Positions 1 to 9,570 of a stretch of DNA of 64,000 nucleotides are shown here, in pieces; position 1 is the first letter of the stretch; every line of letters starts with the position of its first letter. Where the stretch lies: positions 10,501-74,500 of the forward strand of contig CAZVIH010000066.1 of NCBI GenBank assembly GCA_964627755.1, in the 5' to 3' direction. The DNA is from an uncultured Anaerolineales bacterium (GTDB lineage Bacteria; Chloroflexota; Anaerolineae; Anaerolineales; UBA11858). The notes beneath the pieces were generated by a model. The model searched no databases and was not told where the DNA came from. It saw only the letters and a list, made by a program, of their open reading frames with translations. A program made the translations under genes and the position numbers.

Positions 1-663
1 GACCAGGCAACCATTTTGGGTATTGATAAAAACCACACGATGATCTTTTGCTACGCGGATCTGACGGAAACGCCGGTGATCTTTGAGGATACATCTTATA
101 CACTTGGCCGTGGACCAGCTGAGGCGATCACTATGTCCAGCAGCACGCCCTACAATCTTTACATTCTTGATCCAGAAAAACGGGCGATTTGGATCGAATA
201 CCAGAGCCAGAACTATCATGAAGGTTCTGAATATTTTGGCGCTATCGATTCTCCGGAGATGACAGATGCCATCGAATTGGCGACCAATGGCAGTGAGTTA
301 TTTATCCTGCATAGTGATGGTTATATGACCAAATGTGTAACAGAGAGAGTAGATGCAGACCCAATCTGCACTACACCTTTTGATTATTCGGATCCGAGAC
401 CCGGGAGCGAGTCTGGACCTTTCTTCGCAGGGGCGAATTTTGATTCCTTTGCAATCAAAGGATCGCCGGGTATGGCTGTATATTTGCTGGATTCTGAGGA
501 TCAAGCCCTGTATCGCTTCAGCACCCAACTGGAATTCCAGGAACAATTCAGGCCATTGGATGGCATCATCGATCAGCCGGTAACAGCATTTACCGTTACT
601 ATGAGTGATCGAGTATTCATGGCGGTAGATAACCAGGTATATACAGCTCAACTGCTTCCCTGA
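1..663 (+). CDS. hypothetical beta-rich protein, C-terminal part (5' end outside window)
   Basis: Frame 1 is open from base 1 to TGA at 661-663, so the track's TTG at 16 is probably internal. No family motif recognised. Convergent with the PP2C gene and followed by a hairpin terminator. Confidence 0.5.
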   Translation, partial: DQATILGIDKNHTMIFCYADLTETPVIFEDTSYTLGRGPAEAITMSSSTPYNLYILDPEKRAIWIEYQSQNYHEGSEYFGAIDSPEMTDAIELATNGSELFILHSDGYMTKCVTERVDADPICTTPFDYSDPRPGSESGPFFAGANFDSFAIKGSPGMAVYLLDSEDQALYRFSTQLEFQEQFRPLDGIIDQPVTAFTVTMSDRVFMAVDNQVYTAQLLP

Positions 664-681
664 GAAGCAGATTGCTTAAAC

Positions 682-724
682 AAAAAGATCCGTAATCAGA
701 TTAATATTACGGATCTTTATTTTT
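682..724. terminator. bidirectional intrinsic terminator between convergent genes
   Basis: GATCCGTAAT (687-696) and ATTACGGATC (706-715) form a perfect 10-bp stem with a 9-nt loop. An A-run lies upstream and TTTATTTTTATT downstream. Confidence 0.6.
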
Positions 725-741
725 ATTATAGATATTTATCT

Positions 742-1608
742 CTATTCTGCTTCTTCCTCTGCTTCTTCCTCGATATCATCTTCTTCGAATAATTCTTCTC
801 CTGGGTATTGAAGCACGACTACCGTGATATTATCATGTCCTCCTCGCAGGTTGGCCAGGTCAACCAGTTTTTGCAGCTGCTCATCTTTGCTGTCCTCGCC
901 CTCCACGATTTCGAGAATTTCCTCATCAGCAACAAGATCCGTAAGTCCGTCCGTGCAAATGAGAACCTGGTCTCCAGGAATCAGGGGTAATCCTTGGTTG
1001 GCTTTGGCTTGTTCCTGGTTTTCTTCCGAATCCATATATAGCCGCAAATCTGGATGAATCGGGTCAGACGATCCAAGATAACTGCGGATTAAATGTCTGC
1101 GGGGATGACTGCGGGCTTCCTCAGAGTTGATCACTCCAACTTCCAAAGCTTCCTGGACCCAGGTATGATCAATGTTTAATTGCTGGATGACATTATCCCG
1201 AATTAAATATAATCTGGAATCACCAAGGGTCGCGATATAGAGGGCGAAATCGATCACCAGGGCACAAGCCACTGTGGAACCCATCCCTTTCCTGGAGTCA
1301 TCATCCGCTGCCTCAGATGTGATGCTGTGATTGGCTTCCAGCAAGGCGCTTTTTAGAATCCACAGAGGATCAGTACCGTCACTTTCGGCTACTGAGGAGA
1401 TGATCGTGGCAACTGCTATTTTTGATGCGATCTCTCCCGCTTTATGACCACCAATCCCATCGGCAATAATTGCCAATAAAACAGGTGTGTCATCATCTTC
1501 GCTGATTGTAAATGCGCTTATTTCAAAGGAATCTTCATTTAATCGCCCCCGACTTCCTGGGTCGGTTATAGTTGCTGTATAAAGGTGGGGGTGTTTGCTT
1601 GGGATCAA
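742..1608 (-). CDS. PP2C/PPM-family Ser/Thr protein phosphatase
   Basis: Motifs NEDSF, DGIGGHKAGEIAS, GDSRLY, TDGLTD and GGHDNITVVVL. The TTG start overlaps the upstream stop (TTGA), with GGAG 8 nt upstream. Acidic tail. Confidence 0.9.
   Translation of the reverse strand: MIPSKHPHLYTATITDPGSRGRLNEDSFEISAFTISEDDDTPVLLAIIADGIGGHKAGEIASKIAVATIISSVAESDGTDPLWILKSALLEANHSITSEAADDDSRKGMGSTVACALVIDFALYIATLGDSRLYLIRDNVIQQLNIDHTWVQEALEVGVINSEEARSHPRRHLIRSYLGSSDPIHPDLRLYMDSEENQEQAKANQGLPLIPGDQVLICTDGLTDLVADEEILEIVEGEDSKDEQLQKLVDLANLRGGHDNITVVVLQYPGEELFEEDDIEEEAEEEAE
747..770 (-). repeat. perfect 12-bp tandem duplication (CTGCTTCTTCCT x2) in the 3' end of the PP2C gene
   Basis: Units at 747-758 and 759-770 are identical. 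They encode the EEAE-EEAE acidic C-terminal tail. Confidence 0.9.
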
Positions 1609-3500
1609 GTTCTTTTCTCCTCTGTAACAAGAGGTGTTTCCATTCTTGTCATGACTTGAAATCGGAAAATTGCTTCTCCAATGTGTATGATATCACCATC
1701 TTTTAGGAATTGGGGTTCACCGCTTTTAATTTGCTGGTAGTTAATCCAGGTGCCAGCCGTGGACCCATGATCAATGATCTGGAATTTTTCATCCTCCAGG
1801 CAGGTTATCGAAGCGTGTATTTTAATAACGGAAGGGTGTTGGACCTGAATACCTTTGCCCGGTAATGAGCTTCCGATTTTGATCTCATTATCATCAACCC
1901 GGATCGGTTCCGGAAATAACTGCTGGGATATTTGATTGATAGCGATTAGCCGGTAAGGTTTTATTGAAGAGGGATTATCCCGAGTATTGTCATTTTTCCC
2001 CGGAAGGATCTTTCTGATAAGCGTTCTTGACTTTGTGGATTGGACCCATTTTGAGGAAATGGACTGAAAAATATTAGTCACTCCCGGTTGGATTCTACCT
2101 TTGGAGATGAAGATGAAAAGCGCCAACCCGGCCAGCAGGATAACTGCCAAACCAGCCAGGGCAGGAGCATTGTCCCGGATGATGCTGATGAGATCTGGGG
2201 GAGGGACAATCACCTTGATCTCGACAGGGGTCTCCACACTTAATCTTGATAAACCTAGCACATCGACAGCTTCTAGGGAAAGCTGATGTGTGGCACTGAC
2301 CTTGTATGAACTTAGGTCCCAGATAAACTGATCAAAGGGAGGGGAAGTTTTTCTGCCGACGATCTCACCATCCACCCGGAAAATAAGTTCCTCAAGATCT
2401 CTGGGATGATTGTCAGGAAAATCCAATAGGATATTCAGCGGAACGGCTTGGGGTTGATAGACTTGGATTGTTTTGTCAATCGGATTTTCTTCCAGCGTCT
2501 CCAGGATAATCGTTCTGGGTGGAGAGATGAAGATCGGATTGGGCGGTTGTACATCAAGGAAAAATTCTCGCAAACCAACAATTGGAGATAAGGTAGAAGA
2601 TACTGTTACTTCCAATGAATGATTTCCCGAGGTCACGATCTGGGAGCGGTATTTGAGCAGATAGGTACTACGCAACGGCTCAAGCAGCTGTCCCAAGTCT
2701 GCCAGCGGTTCATCACCAGAAAACGGCAAGAATACCCCGCCGGTATCTGCAGACAGGTTCTGAAGTTTGGAGGCTCCTGCTGTTGAGAAGAATGAAGGAG
2801 ATGAAACTAGGATTGTATAGACCATTACCTGGTTATCCACAGCCTGGGAGATCAGGCTATCTATTGCCGCATATTCTTCTGCGGTTGGCTGGCTGGTATA
2901 CAGCAGCACAATGCGTTTCATACCCGGTTGATCGATAGGATCGGATGCCAGACCGATCGCCTGGGAGAGAACGTTAAAATTGGCTTCGGTTTCCCTGATT
3001 TCTGGATCATATCCTTCCAGGGCTGATATCACGTCAGATTTTTCTATTAAATGCGACTGCTCCAAACCATCATTGGAGAGGATGCTGATATTATCAGAAG
3101 CTGAGGTCTGCGGTTGCGCTGCCCAATTCAGCAGTGACTGTTTAATATAATCAAAGCGGGAAACACCATTGATATCCTGGATGGCAAATGGATTAGATAT
3201 ATTAAATGCAGCTACCAGTTGGACCCCGGGACTGAGGTGTTGGAAATCGATCAGCTCTTGTTCATTTCCGTTTTCTTTGAGTGTGATCTGATCTACCTCC
3301 AGGTCAGTAATACTTTTTCCTTCTCTGTTGATTACATCAATATAGAAGGTGATATCGGGGTAATTTACCAGATCGGGCGCCGAGAGTAATACCTCTCTGG
3401 CTGTTTGAGCCCTTACCTGAGAGACAGAGATCATTAAGATCAGGCAAAGTAGAAACAGGCTGTGAAGGCTTATTTTGAGGTTATTCCTTTTTATGGCCAT
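1605..3500 (-). CDS. single-pass membrane protein: vWA-like ectodomain plus cytoplasmic C-terminal FHA domain
   Basis: 631 aa from ATG 3500. N-terminal signal/anchor. Ectodomain with vWA-like blocks (RIVLLYTSQ, VMVYTILVSS, LSADTGGVF). TM helix LAGLAVILLAGLALFIFI. FHA-like C-terminus (IKIGSS, HASI, DHGSTAGTWIN, GDIIHIG). The track start (TTG 3530) is rejected because a -10 box lies between it and ATG 3500. Confidence 0.8.
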   Translation of the reverse strand: MAIKRNNLKISLHSLFLLCLILMISVSQVRAQTAREVLLSAPDLVNYPDITFYIDVINREGKSITDLEVDQITLKENGNEQELIDFQHLSPGVQLVAAFNISNPFAIQDINGVSRFDYIKQSLLNWAAQPQTSASDNISILSNDGLEQSHLIEKSDVISALEGYDPEIRETEANFNVLSQAIGLASDPIDQPGMKRIVLLYTSQPTAEEYAAIDSLISQAVDNQVMVYTILVSSPSFFSTAGASKLQNLSADTGGVFLPFSGDEPLADLGQLLEPLRSTYLLKYRSQIVTSGNHSLEVTVSSTLSPIVGLREFFLDVQPPNPIFISPPRTIILETLEENPIDKTIQVYQPQAVPLNILLDFPDNHPRDLEELIFRVDGEIVGRKTSPPFDQFIWDLSSYKVSATHQLSLEAVDVLGLSRLSVETPVEIKVIVPPPDLISIIRDNAPALAGLAVILLAGLALFIFISKGRIQPGVTNIFQSISSKWVQSTKSRTLIRKILPGKNDNTRDNPSSIKPYRLIAINQISQQLFPEPIRVDDNEIKIGSSLPGKGIQVQHPSVIKIHASITCLEDEKFQIIDHGSTAGTWINYQQIKSGEPQFLKDGDIIHIGEAIFRFQVMTRMETPLVTEEKRT

Positions 3501-3508
3501 TGTCTGCC

Positions 3509-3517
3509 ATTGTACCA
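3509..3517 (-). promoter_or_regulatory. extended -10 (TGGTACAAT) 8 nt upstream of ATG 3500; leaderless candidate
   Basis: Minus strand reads TGGTACAAT-ggcagaca-ATG. No SD in between. Confidence 0.45.
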
Positions 3518-3601
3518 AAAAGGAGGGCAAGCTCCTGTTATCTTTTTTATTAACAGTACCTTAGGATCAACATCAGGAAAAATTGGATTAAAATATGGTT
3601 G

Positions 3602-3610
3602 TGATAGAAT
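3602..3610 (+). promoter_or_regulatory. extended -10 (TGATAGAAT), candidate maf/PBP operon promoter
   Basis: TGnTAGAAT about 50 nt upstream of maf ATG, in the divergent intergenic region. Confidence 0.35.
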
Positions 3611-3659
3611 TTGGAGTATTGAAAATCACGATAAATATCTTAAAAACAACTGATCATCT

Positions 3660-4325
3660 ATGACAGAATTAATCCTCGCATCTAAATCTCCCAGGCGGAA
3701 GATCCTTCTCCGGAACTTAATTGATTCATTTATCGTCGTTCATCCCGATGTGGAAGAACGAGAACTCCCCGGAGAAGAACCTGCTGACTTTGTATTACGT
3801 CTCGCAAAAGAAAAAGCACTGAAAGGGGGAGCATATTTACTGCCCAATTCCCTTGATAATGCTGTGGTGATCGGGGCGGATACCATTGTTGTTGATGGGA
3901 AAGAGATTCTGGGAAAACCCCTGGATCGAATGGATGCTGCCAGGATTCTGGAACAATTACGGGGTAAAACTCACAAGGTGTTATCTGGAATTGCTCTATA
4001 TAACCTCTCTACCGGAGAAACCCAGACCAGATTGGTTAGCACTGAAGTAAAAATGAGAGAGTATACTGAAGATCAGATCCTGGAATATATCGCCAGTGGT
4101 GATCCCCTGGATAAAGCGGGAGCGTATGCAATTCAGAACAGAGATTTTAATCCAGCTCCCGATTTTTATGGCTGTTATGCTAATGTTATGGGGCTGCCCC
4201 TCTGCCATCTGGCAGTATTAATGAAAGAAATGAGAATTGAAGCTGACCCACGGGTAGCGGAACGCTGCCAGAATTCAATCAATTATCAATGTCCAATTTA
4301 TTCTGATATTCTGGTGGGAATGTAA
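3660..4325 (+). CDS. maf: Maf-family nucleoside triphosphate pyrophosphatase (septum formation protein)
   Basis: LILASKSPRRKILL, GADTIVV, GKP, SGIAL, DKAGAYAIQ and NVMGLPL blocks. About 30-aa Cys-containing C-terminal extension. Confidence 0.85.
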   Translation: MTELILASKSPRRKILLRNLIDSFIVVHPDVEERELPGEEPADFVLRLAKEKALKGGAYLLPNSLDNAVVIGADTIVVDGKEILGKPLDRMDAARILEQLRGKTHKVLSGIALYNLSTGETQTRLVSTEVKMREYTEDQILEYIASGDPLDKAGAYAIQNRDFNPAPDFYGCYANVMGLPLCHLAVLMKEMRIEADPRVAERCQNSINYQCPIYSDILVGM

Positions 4326-4351
4326 GAACACATTACAGAGAGCAAATAACT

Positions 4352-6559
4352 ATGAAAAAATCCATATTGGTACTTATCCTTTTTTCTTTAATTGCTGGTT
4401 GCAGTAAATCAACTCCGGATAGCACACTGCCAAATGGAGAAACCCCAACTCCTGGCCTGTTACCGCCGGAAGTTCGGACCACACAAGCTCCAGATGTAGA
4501 GGAAGCCGCGATTGAATTCCTGGAATACTGGAAATTAAATAACTACCAGGCTATGTATTCGATGTTAAGTCCCTCCAGCCAGGAAGCGATCAGTGAAGAG
4601 GAATTTTCCCAGATCTACCATGAGGTGGCTGTCGAACTCGCCATGGAATCGCTGGAATATTCGATCTTGTCATCCTTTGTTGATCCCGGTCAAGCCCAGG
4701 TTGCAGTCTCAATTAATTACAACAGTTTGTTGATTGAGGAATTGAACCGGGATATTATTCTGCTTCTAAGTCTAAACGAGGGGATCTGGAAGATCGATTG
4801 GTCAAAGGGTTTGATCTTCCCCGAGTTGGAAGGGGATAATATGCTGCAGCTGACCCGCCTGGTTCCTTCAAGAGGCAACATCTATGACAGGAATGGCAGC
4901 GTGGTTGTAGCCTATGCAGAGGCGATCTCAGTGGGTCTCACACCCTCACAGATCAATCCCAAAAAGGAAGGTAAAGTCCTTGATGAATTAGGGCGTGACC
5001 TTGATATGCCTCCTGAAGTGATCTATGCCATGTACAAGGATTATCCTCCCGGAGTGGATTGGTACCTTCCTTTAGGCGCGATCTCGATGGATGCTATTGA
5101 ACCCCGTCTCGGTATTCTCGAATCTTATACAAATAATGGAGTTCTGCTGAGGCCTTTTGATGGCAGATACTATTTTAATGGCGGTGCTGCGCCCCAGGCA
5201 ATTGGATATGTGCGCTGGATCCAGGAAGCTGAACTGGACGCCTATCGCATTCAGGGATACTCCCAGGGTGAGAAGGTTGGTGGGCAGGGTCTGGAATATT
5301 GGGGAGAGGATTATCTTGTCGGCGATAGGGGAGGCATCCTCTATGTTGTTAATGAAGCAGGCGAAACGATTTCTCAATTGGCACGGAAAGAGGCAGCCCC
5401 ACCAGCAGAGATCTACACAACTTTTGAAAAGGACTTCCAGCTGGAAGTCCAAAAAGCTCTTTATGGTTATAACGGTGCGGTAGTGGTGATGGAAATAGAT
5501 ACCGGCCGCATTCTGGCGATGGCTTCGAATCCCAGCTTTGATCCCAATGCTTTTAACTCAGATTATTACAATTCCTCGTTTTTACTACAGGAATATTATA
5601 AAGCGGATCAAAAATCCCCTTTCCTGAACCGCGCTACTCAGGGTTTGTATCCGCTGGGATCTGTGTTTAAGATCATCACCATGGCAGCTGCTCTTGAGAC
5701 AGGGGAATTCACTGCAGATGATGTGTATGACTGCGGGTATTTCTTTGAAGAACTGCCCGGGGTTACCCTCAATGACTGGACTTATGATCACTTCCTGGAA
5801 GATGATAAAACACTTCCCAGCGGCAAGCTGACATTATCTCAGGGTTTGATGCGGTCCTGTAATCCATATTTCTGGCATATCGGACTTCAGCTCTATCAAA
5901 ACGGATATCCGGAAGCTATTTCAGACATGGCAAAAGGATTTGGATTAGGATCATTGACCGGCATTGAAACTATGGAAGAAGAGCCCGGGAATATCCCGGC
6001 TCCGGGGTCTGAACTGGATGCTACTAATCAGGCAATCGGGCAGGGAGATACCCAGGTCACTCCGCTTCAGGTTGTCAGGTTTTTGGCAGCTCTTGGCAAT
6101 GGTGGGACCTTGTACAGGCCTCAATTTGTGGAGAGCATCCGCAGCGCTGATGGTGAAGAGATCTTCAGTTTTGAACCTGAAGTTGTAGGTGAACTTCCTA
6201 TCAGCAGCTCAACACTAAATTCGATCACCAATGCCATGGTGCAGGTTGTTGAAAATCCCCGCGGGACTGCTAATTATCCCATCAGAGGATTGGCGATAAA
6301 AGTAGCTGGGAAAACCGGAACAGCGGAATCGGGCTCTGGAGAATCCCATGCCTGGTTTGGCGGCTATACATTTAATCAAAATGAAAACAAACCCGATATA
6401 GCCGTTGTGGTGATCGCGGAAAATGCCGGGGAAGGCTCTGAAGTGGCAGCACCGATTTTCAGGCGAGTTGTTGAATTATATTTCAACCAGATCCTTCGTT
6501 ATTACCCCTGGGAATCAGAAATTGGAGTCTGGTATGTTCCCGAGGATGATGCAGAATAA
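4352..6559 (+). CDS. class B penicillin-binding protein (transpeptidase) lipoprotein with NTF2-like N-terminal domain
   Basis: Lipobox LIAGCS. SxxK (GSVFKI), SxN (RSCNPYF) and KTGT (AGKTGTAE) motifs in canonical order. Confidence 0.9.
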   Translation: MKKSILVLILFSLIAGCSKSTPDSTLPNGETPTPGLLPPEVRTTQAPDVEEAAIEFLEYWKLNNYQAMYSMLSPSSQEAISEEEFSQIYHEVAVELAMESLEYSILSSFVDPGQAQVAVSINYNSLLIEELNRDIILLLSLNEGIWKIDWSKGLIFPELEGDNMLQLTRLVPSRGNIYDRNGSVVVAYAEAISVGLTPSQINPKKEGKVLDELGRDLDMPPEVIYAMYKDYPPGVDWYLPLGAISMDAIEPRLGILESYTNNGVLLRPFDGRYYFNGGAAPQAIGYVRWIQEAELDAYRIQGYSQGEKVGGQGLEYWGEDYLVGDRGGILYVVNEAGETISQLARKEAAPPAEIYTTFEKDFQLEVQKALYGYNGAVVVMEIDTGRILAMASNPSFDPNAFNSDYYNSSFLLQEYYKADQKSPFLNRATQGLYPLGSVFKIITMAAALETGEFTADDVYDCGYFFEELPGVTLNDWTYDHFLEDDKTLPSGKLTLSQGLMRSCNPYFWHIGLQLYQNGYPEAISDMAKGFGLGSLTGIETMEEEPGNIPAPGSELDATNQAIGQGDTQVTPLQVVRFLAALGNGGTLYRPQFVESIRSADGEEIFSFEPEVVGELPISSSTLNSITNAMVQVVENPRGTANYPIRGLAIKVAGKTGTAESGSGESHAWFGGYTFNQNENKPDIAVVVIAENAGEGSEVAAPIFRRVVELYFNQILRYYPWESEIGVWYVPEDDAE

Positions 6560-6580
6560 TAAAAAAGGAAAAGGTGTCGA

Positions 6581-7507
6581 GTGACTGAAGAAATTCGTGG
6601 ACGAGTGATCCAAGCTCAATCCGGTTTTTTCAGCGTTGAAATCGGGGAGAAGGTCGTTGTCTGTCAACTTAGAGGCCGACTGAAAAAGGGCCGCAAGTTG
6701 GCTGATATTGTTGCTATTGGCGATTGGGTCATCATCACGGAACAGGAAGATGACAAAGGTATGATAGAAGAGGTTGAACCCCGCCAGGGAATGCTTTACC
6801 GTATGGCGCCAACAGCTCGGGGGGAATTCAAGCAGATCATCATTGCCAACCCCGATCAGGCTGTCTTTGTTTTTTCAGTTGCCCAACCTGAACCTCGCCT
6901 TCCCATGTTGGATCGTTTTCTTGTCATCGCTGAAAGAGAGTCAATTGATATTTTGATTGTTGCTAACAAGATCGACCTTGTCGGAATGGGAAAAGCCAAG
7001 GAATACTTCCAACGTTATCAAAAGATCGGGTACCGGGTTTTTTACACCTCGGCGGTGAGGAATCGGGGGATTAATCAACTGAAGAAACACCTGATCGGGA
7101 AGACCAGTGTTTTTGCAGGTCCTTCTGGTTCTGGAAAAACCAGCATCCTGAATGCCATTCAGCCAGGCCTGGGTTTGGAAGTCAAAGAAGTCAGTGAAAC
7201 AACCCAAAAAGGGAAACATACAACAGTATCCAGAAGACTTGTTCCTTTGAGCGATGGAGGATACATCGCAGACACCCCGGGATTAAAAGCGCTCGATCTT
7301 TGGGATATCACCCCGGAAGAAGTGGATGGCTATTTTCCAGAAATCCATGAGGCGCTGTTAAATTGCAAGTTTAGTGATTGCACACATACCCATGAACCAG
7401 GCTGTGCCGTGATCAAGGCCATTAAGAATAAAAAAATCCACCCGGAGCGCTACCAGTCTTATCTGCGTATGAGGGAAGTTGAAGAAGACAAGATACCATG
7501 GTTTTAA
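6581..7507 (+). CDS. rsgA: ribosome small-subunit biogenesis GTPase RsgA (YjeQ)
   Basis: Circularly permuted GTPase order: NKIDL, then GPSGSGKTS, then DTPG. C-terminal zinc motif CKFSDCTHTHEPGC. GTG start with AAGGAAAAGG upstream. Confidence 0.9.
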   Translation: MTEEIRGRVIQAQSGFFSVEIGEKVVVCQLRGRLKKGRKLADIVAIGDWVIITEQEDDKGMIEEVEPRQGMLYRMAPTARGEFKQIIIANPDQAVFVFSVAQPEPRLPMLDRFLVIAERESIDILIVANKIDLVGMGKAKEYFQRYQKIGYRVFYTSAVRNRGINQLKKHLIGKTSVFAGPSGSGKTSILNAIQPGLGLEVKEVSETTQKGKHTTVSRRLVPLSDGGYIADTPGLKALDLWDITPEEVDGYFPEIHEALLNCKFSDCTHTHEPGCAVIKAIKNKKIHPERYQSYLRMREVEEDKIPWF

Positions 7508-9393
7508 AACGTAAACTATTATTCTTCATATTATTGGTTTTTATCCTGCTGTTATCCGCCTGCCAGGCGGAGAGATCCCAGCTTATAAACATTCCAGAAA
7601 AAGATCAGGGACCTCTATCTACACCCCTGCCAAGCCCTGTTCCTCAAAAGGTTCTCTCGGTCTGTCTTGGAGAAGAACCAACTTCGCTATTTTTATACGG
7701 GGATCAATCTGCTTCAGCCAGAATAATTCGCCAGGCTATTTATGATTGGACAGTTGCTGACCCAGCTCTTGGTGCGGTATCTGCCCTCCTGGAAGATATC
7801 CCATCTTTACAGAATGGACAGATCAAGGTTTCTGAGACGGAGGTTTTTCCAGGGGAACGTATTGTTGATCATAGGGGAAATCTTACGATCCTGGCAAACG
7901 GCACACAATACCGACCGTCCGGTTGTTATGAACCTTCTTGTGTGGAAACATTTGAAAATCAGAATTCCATTACCTTGGACCAGGTCAGAGTTGAATTTAA
8001 TATTCAACCTGGTATTGCCTGGGCAGATGGTACCCTGATCAGCCCCACAGATTCGGTTTACTCTTATCAGGTCGCTTCACTCATTTACGGCTTGGGCGGT
8101 CCAAAAAAATTGCGTTATTCCTCCAGCTATCAGGTTGGAGAGGATGAAAAGATCTATTGGACAGGACTGCCTGGTTATCTGGGAATTTATTCTTATCCGG
8201 ATCTGTTCTTTGAACCTTTACCAGAACATCTCTGGAAGAATTTAACACTAGATGAACTTCTTACATCTTCTCAGAGTGCCGAACGTCCACTAGCCTGGGG
8301 CGCATATCAGGTTGTGGAATGGGTTCATGGTGACCATATCACACTAGTGCCAAATGACCAAAATTCAATGGTTTTTGAGGGATTACTGGGATTTGATGCC
8401 CTGGTATTCCGTTTTGTTGATAGTGCGGAAGAAGCCCTGGCAGCTTTCCAGGCAGGAGAATGCCAGCTGGTTGCCAATCAACCCGGTCTTTCTGAGTATC
8501 AGGCCGACCTGGTTAAGGGGGAAAAAGACGGTGGTCTGGTTATCTATCATAGCGAGAATAAAGCCTGGGAGCAGCTCAGCTTCGGGATCAATTCCAGGGA
8601 TGCCAGCCGGAATCTGCTGGCGGATCCTGAATTACGTCAGGCCATGGCTAGTTGCATCGACCGGGAAAAGATCGCTTCCTCGCGGCTGGATGCTGACCAG
8701 ATCATTGATGACTTTTTCTCACCTGAACAATCCAGACTTGATGATCTGGATCTAACTTATACATATCAACCAGTAGAATCTGGATTGTTACTGAAGGAAC
8801 TGGGATGGATCGACGTGGATGGGGATCCGGAAACTCCTCGTATAGCGAATGGAGTTGCTGGTGTGACTGACGGAACTATTCTAGAGTTCTCCCTCCTGGC
8901 TGCGGATGTTGATCAGGCAACACCCACAGTCACTTTGATCCAGAGTGATCTGGGATCTTGCGGCATTGGTGTTGAAGTTGAGCTGCTGCCTGTTGGGGAG
9001 CTTCTGGCGCCAGGTCCGGAGGGCCCGATCTTCGGTCGCAAATTCGATCTGGCATATTTTGCCTGGGCTGCTGGAAATTACCAACCCTGTCGTTTATTTA
9101 TTTCAGATGAAATCCCCGGTTTATATCCTTCCTTTCCGAGGGGATGGGGTGGAGTTAATGCGGCAGGATACAACAATGAGAGTTATGATTCCGCTTGTGT
9201 GGAAGTATTAACAACCTTGCCGGATTCGGATACTTATCTGGGCTCTCTTGAAGAGATTCGTACGATCTTTAGAGAAGATTTACCAGCTCTGCCATTATTT
9301 TTTCAGAGAGAAATCATCATTTCAGGACCAGATTTATCAGGTTTAGAAAATGATTCGTTTCCGTTATTTTGGAATATTGAAGCGGTTCAGTGA
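7498..9393 (+). CDS. ABC transporter substrate-binding lipoprotein, family 5 (peptide/nickel type)
   Basis: Lipobox LLLSAC. About 630 aa with SBP family-5-like organisation. Start overlaps the rsgA 3' end by 10 nt. Confidence 0.75.
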   Translation: MVLKRKLLFFILLVFILLLSACQAERSQLINIPEKDQGPLSTPLPSPVPQKVLSVCLGEEPTSLFLYGDQSASARIIRQAIYDWTVADPALGAVSALLEDIPSLQNGQIKVSETEVFPGERIVDHRGNLTILANGTQYRPSGCYEPSCVETFENQNSITLDQVRVEFNIQPGIAWADGTLISPTDSVYSYQVASLIYGLGGPKKLRYSSSYQVGEDEKIYWTGLPGYLGIYSYPDLFFEPLPEHLWKNLTLDELLTSSQSAERPLAWGAYQVVEWVHGDHITLVPNDQNSMVFEGLLGFDALVFRFVDSAEEALAAFQAGECQLVANQPGLSEYQADLVKGEKDGGLVIYHSENKAWEQLSFGINSRDASRNLLADPELRQAMASCIDREKIASSRLDADQIIDDFFSPEQSRLDDLDLTYTYQPVESGLLLKELGWIDVDGDPETPRIANGVAGVTDGTILEFSLLAADVDQATPTVTLIQSDLGSCGIGVEVELLPVGELLAPGPEGPIFGRKFDLAYFAWAAGNYQPCRLFISDEIPGLYPSFPRGWGGVNAAGYNNESYDSACVEVLTTLPDSDTYLGSLEEIRTIFREDLPALPLFFQREIIISGPDLSGLENDSFPLFWNIEAVQ

Positions 9394-9486
9394 AGGAAAT
9401 TAAAAGATAAAGGTGACTTAATACCATACTTGAGGACTGTATTAATCCTATTCTGAAGAATTTGTACAGATATTTCCAGTTTGGTA

Positions 9487-9495
9487 TGGTAGAAT
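9487..9495 (+). promoter_or_regulatory. extended -10 (TGGTAGAAT), candidate P1 of the peptide ABC operon
   Basis: TGnTAGAAT in the 270-bp AT-rich spacer upstream of the ATPase genes. Confidence 0.4.
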
Positions 9496-9540
9496 GCGTA
9501 TCTGAAATCATCCGAAAACATATTAAATATATAAGAAATC

Positions 9541-9570
9541 TTGGCAATATCTGCCCTAAACATATATAAT
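9541..9570 (+). promoter_or_regulatory. sigma70-like promoter P2 (TTGGCA-18-TATAAT)
   Basis: TTGGCA at 9541-9546 and TATAAT at 9565-9570, about 95 nt upstream of the TTG start at 9665. Confidence 0.45.

Noticed and set aside
3462-3653. 63-aa + strand ORF in the divergent spacer upstream of maf
   Set aside because: It overlaps the 5' end and promoter of the minus-strand vWA/FHA gene and the maf promoter region. It has no SD and no conserved features.
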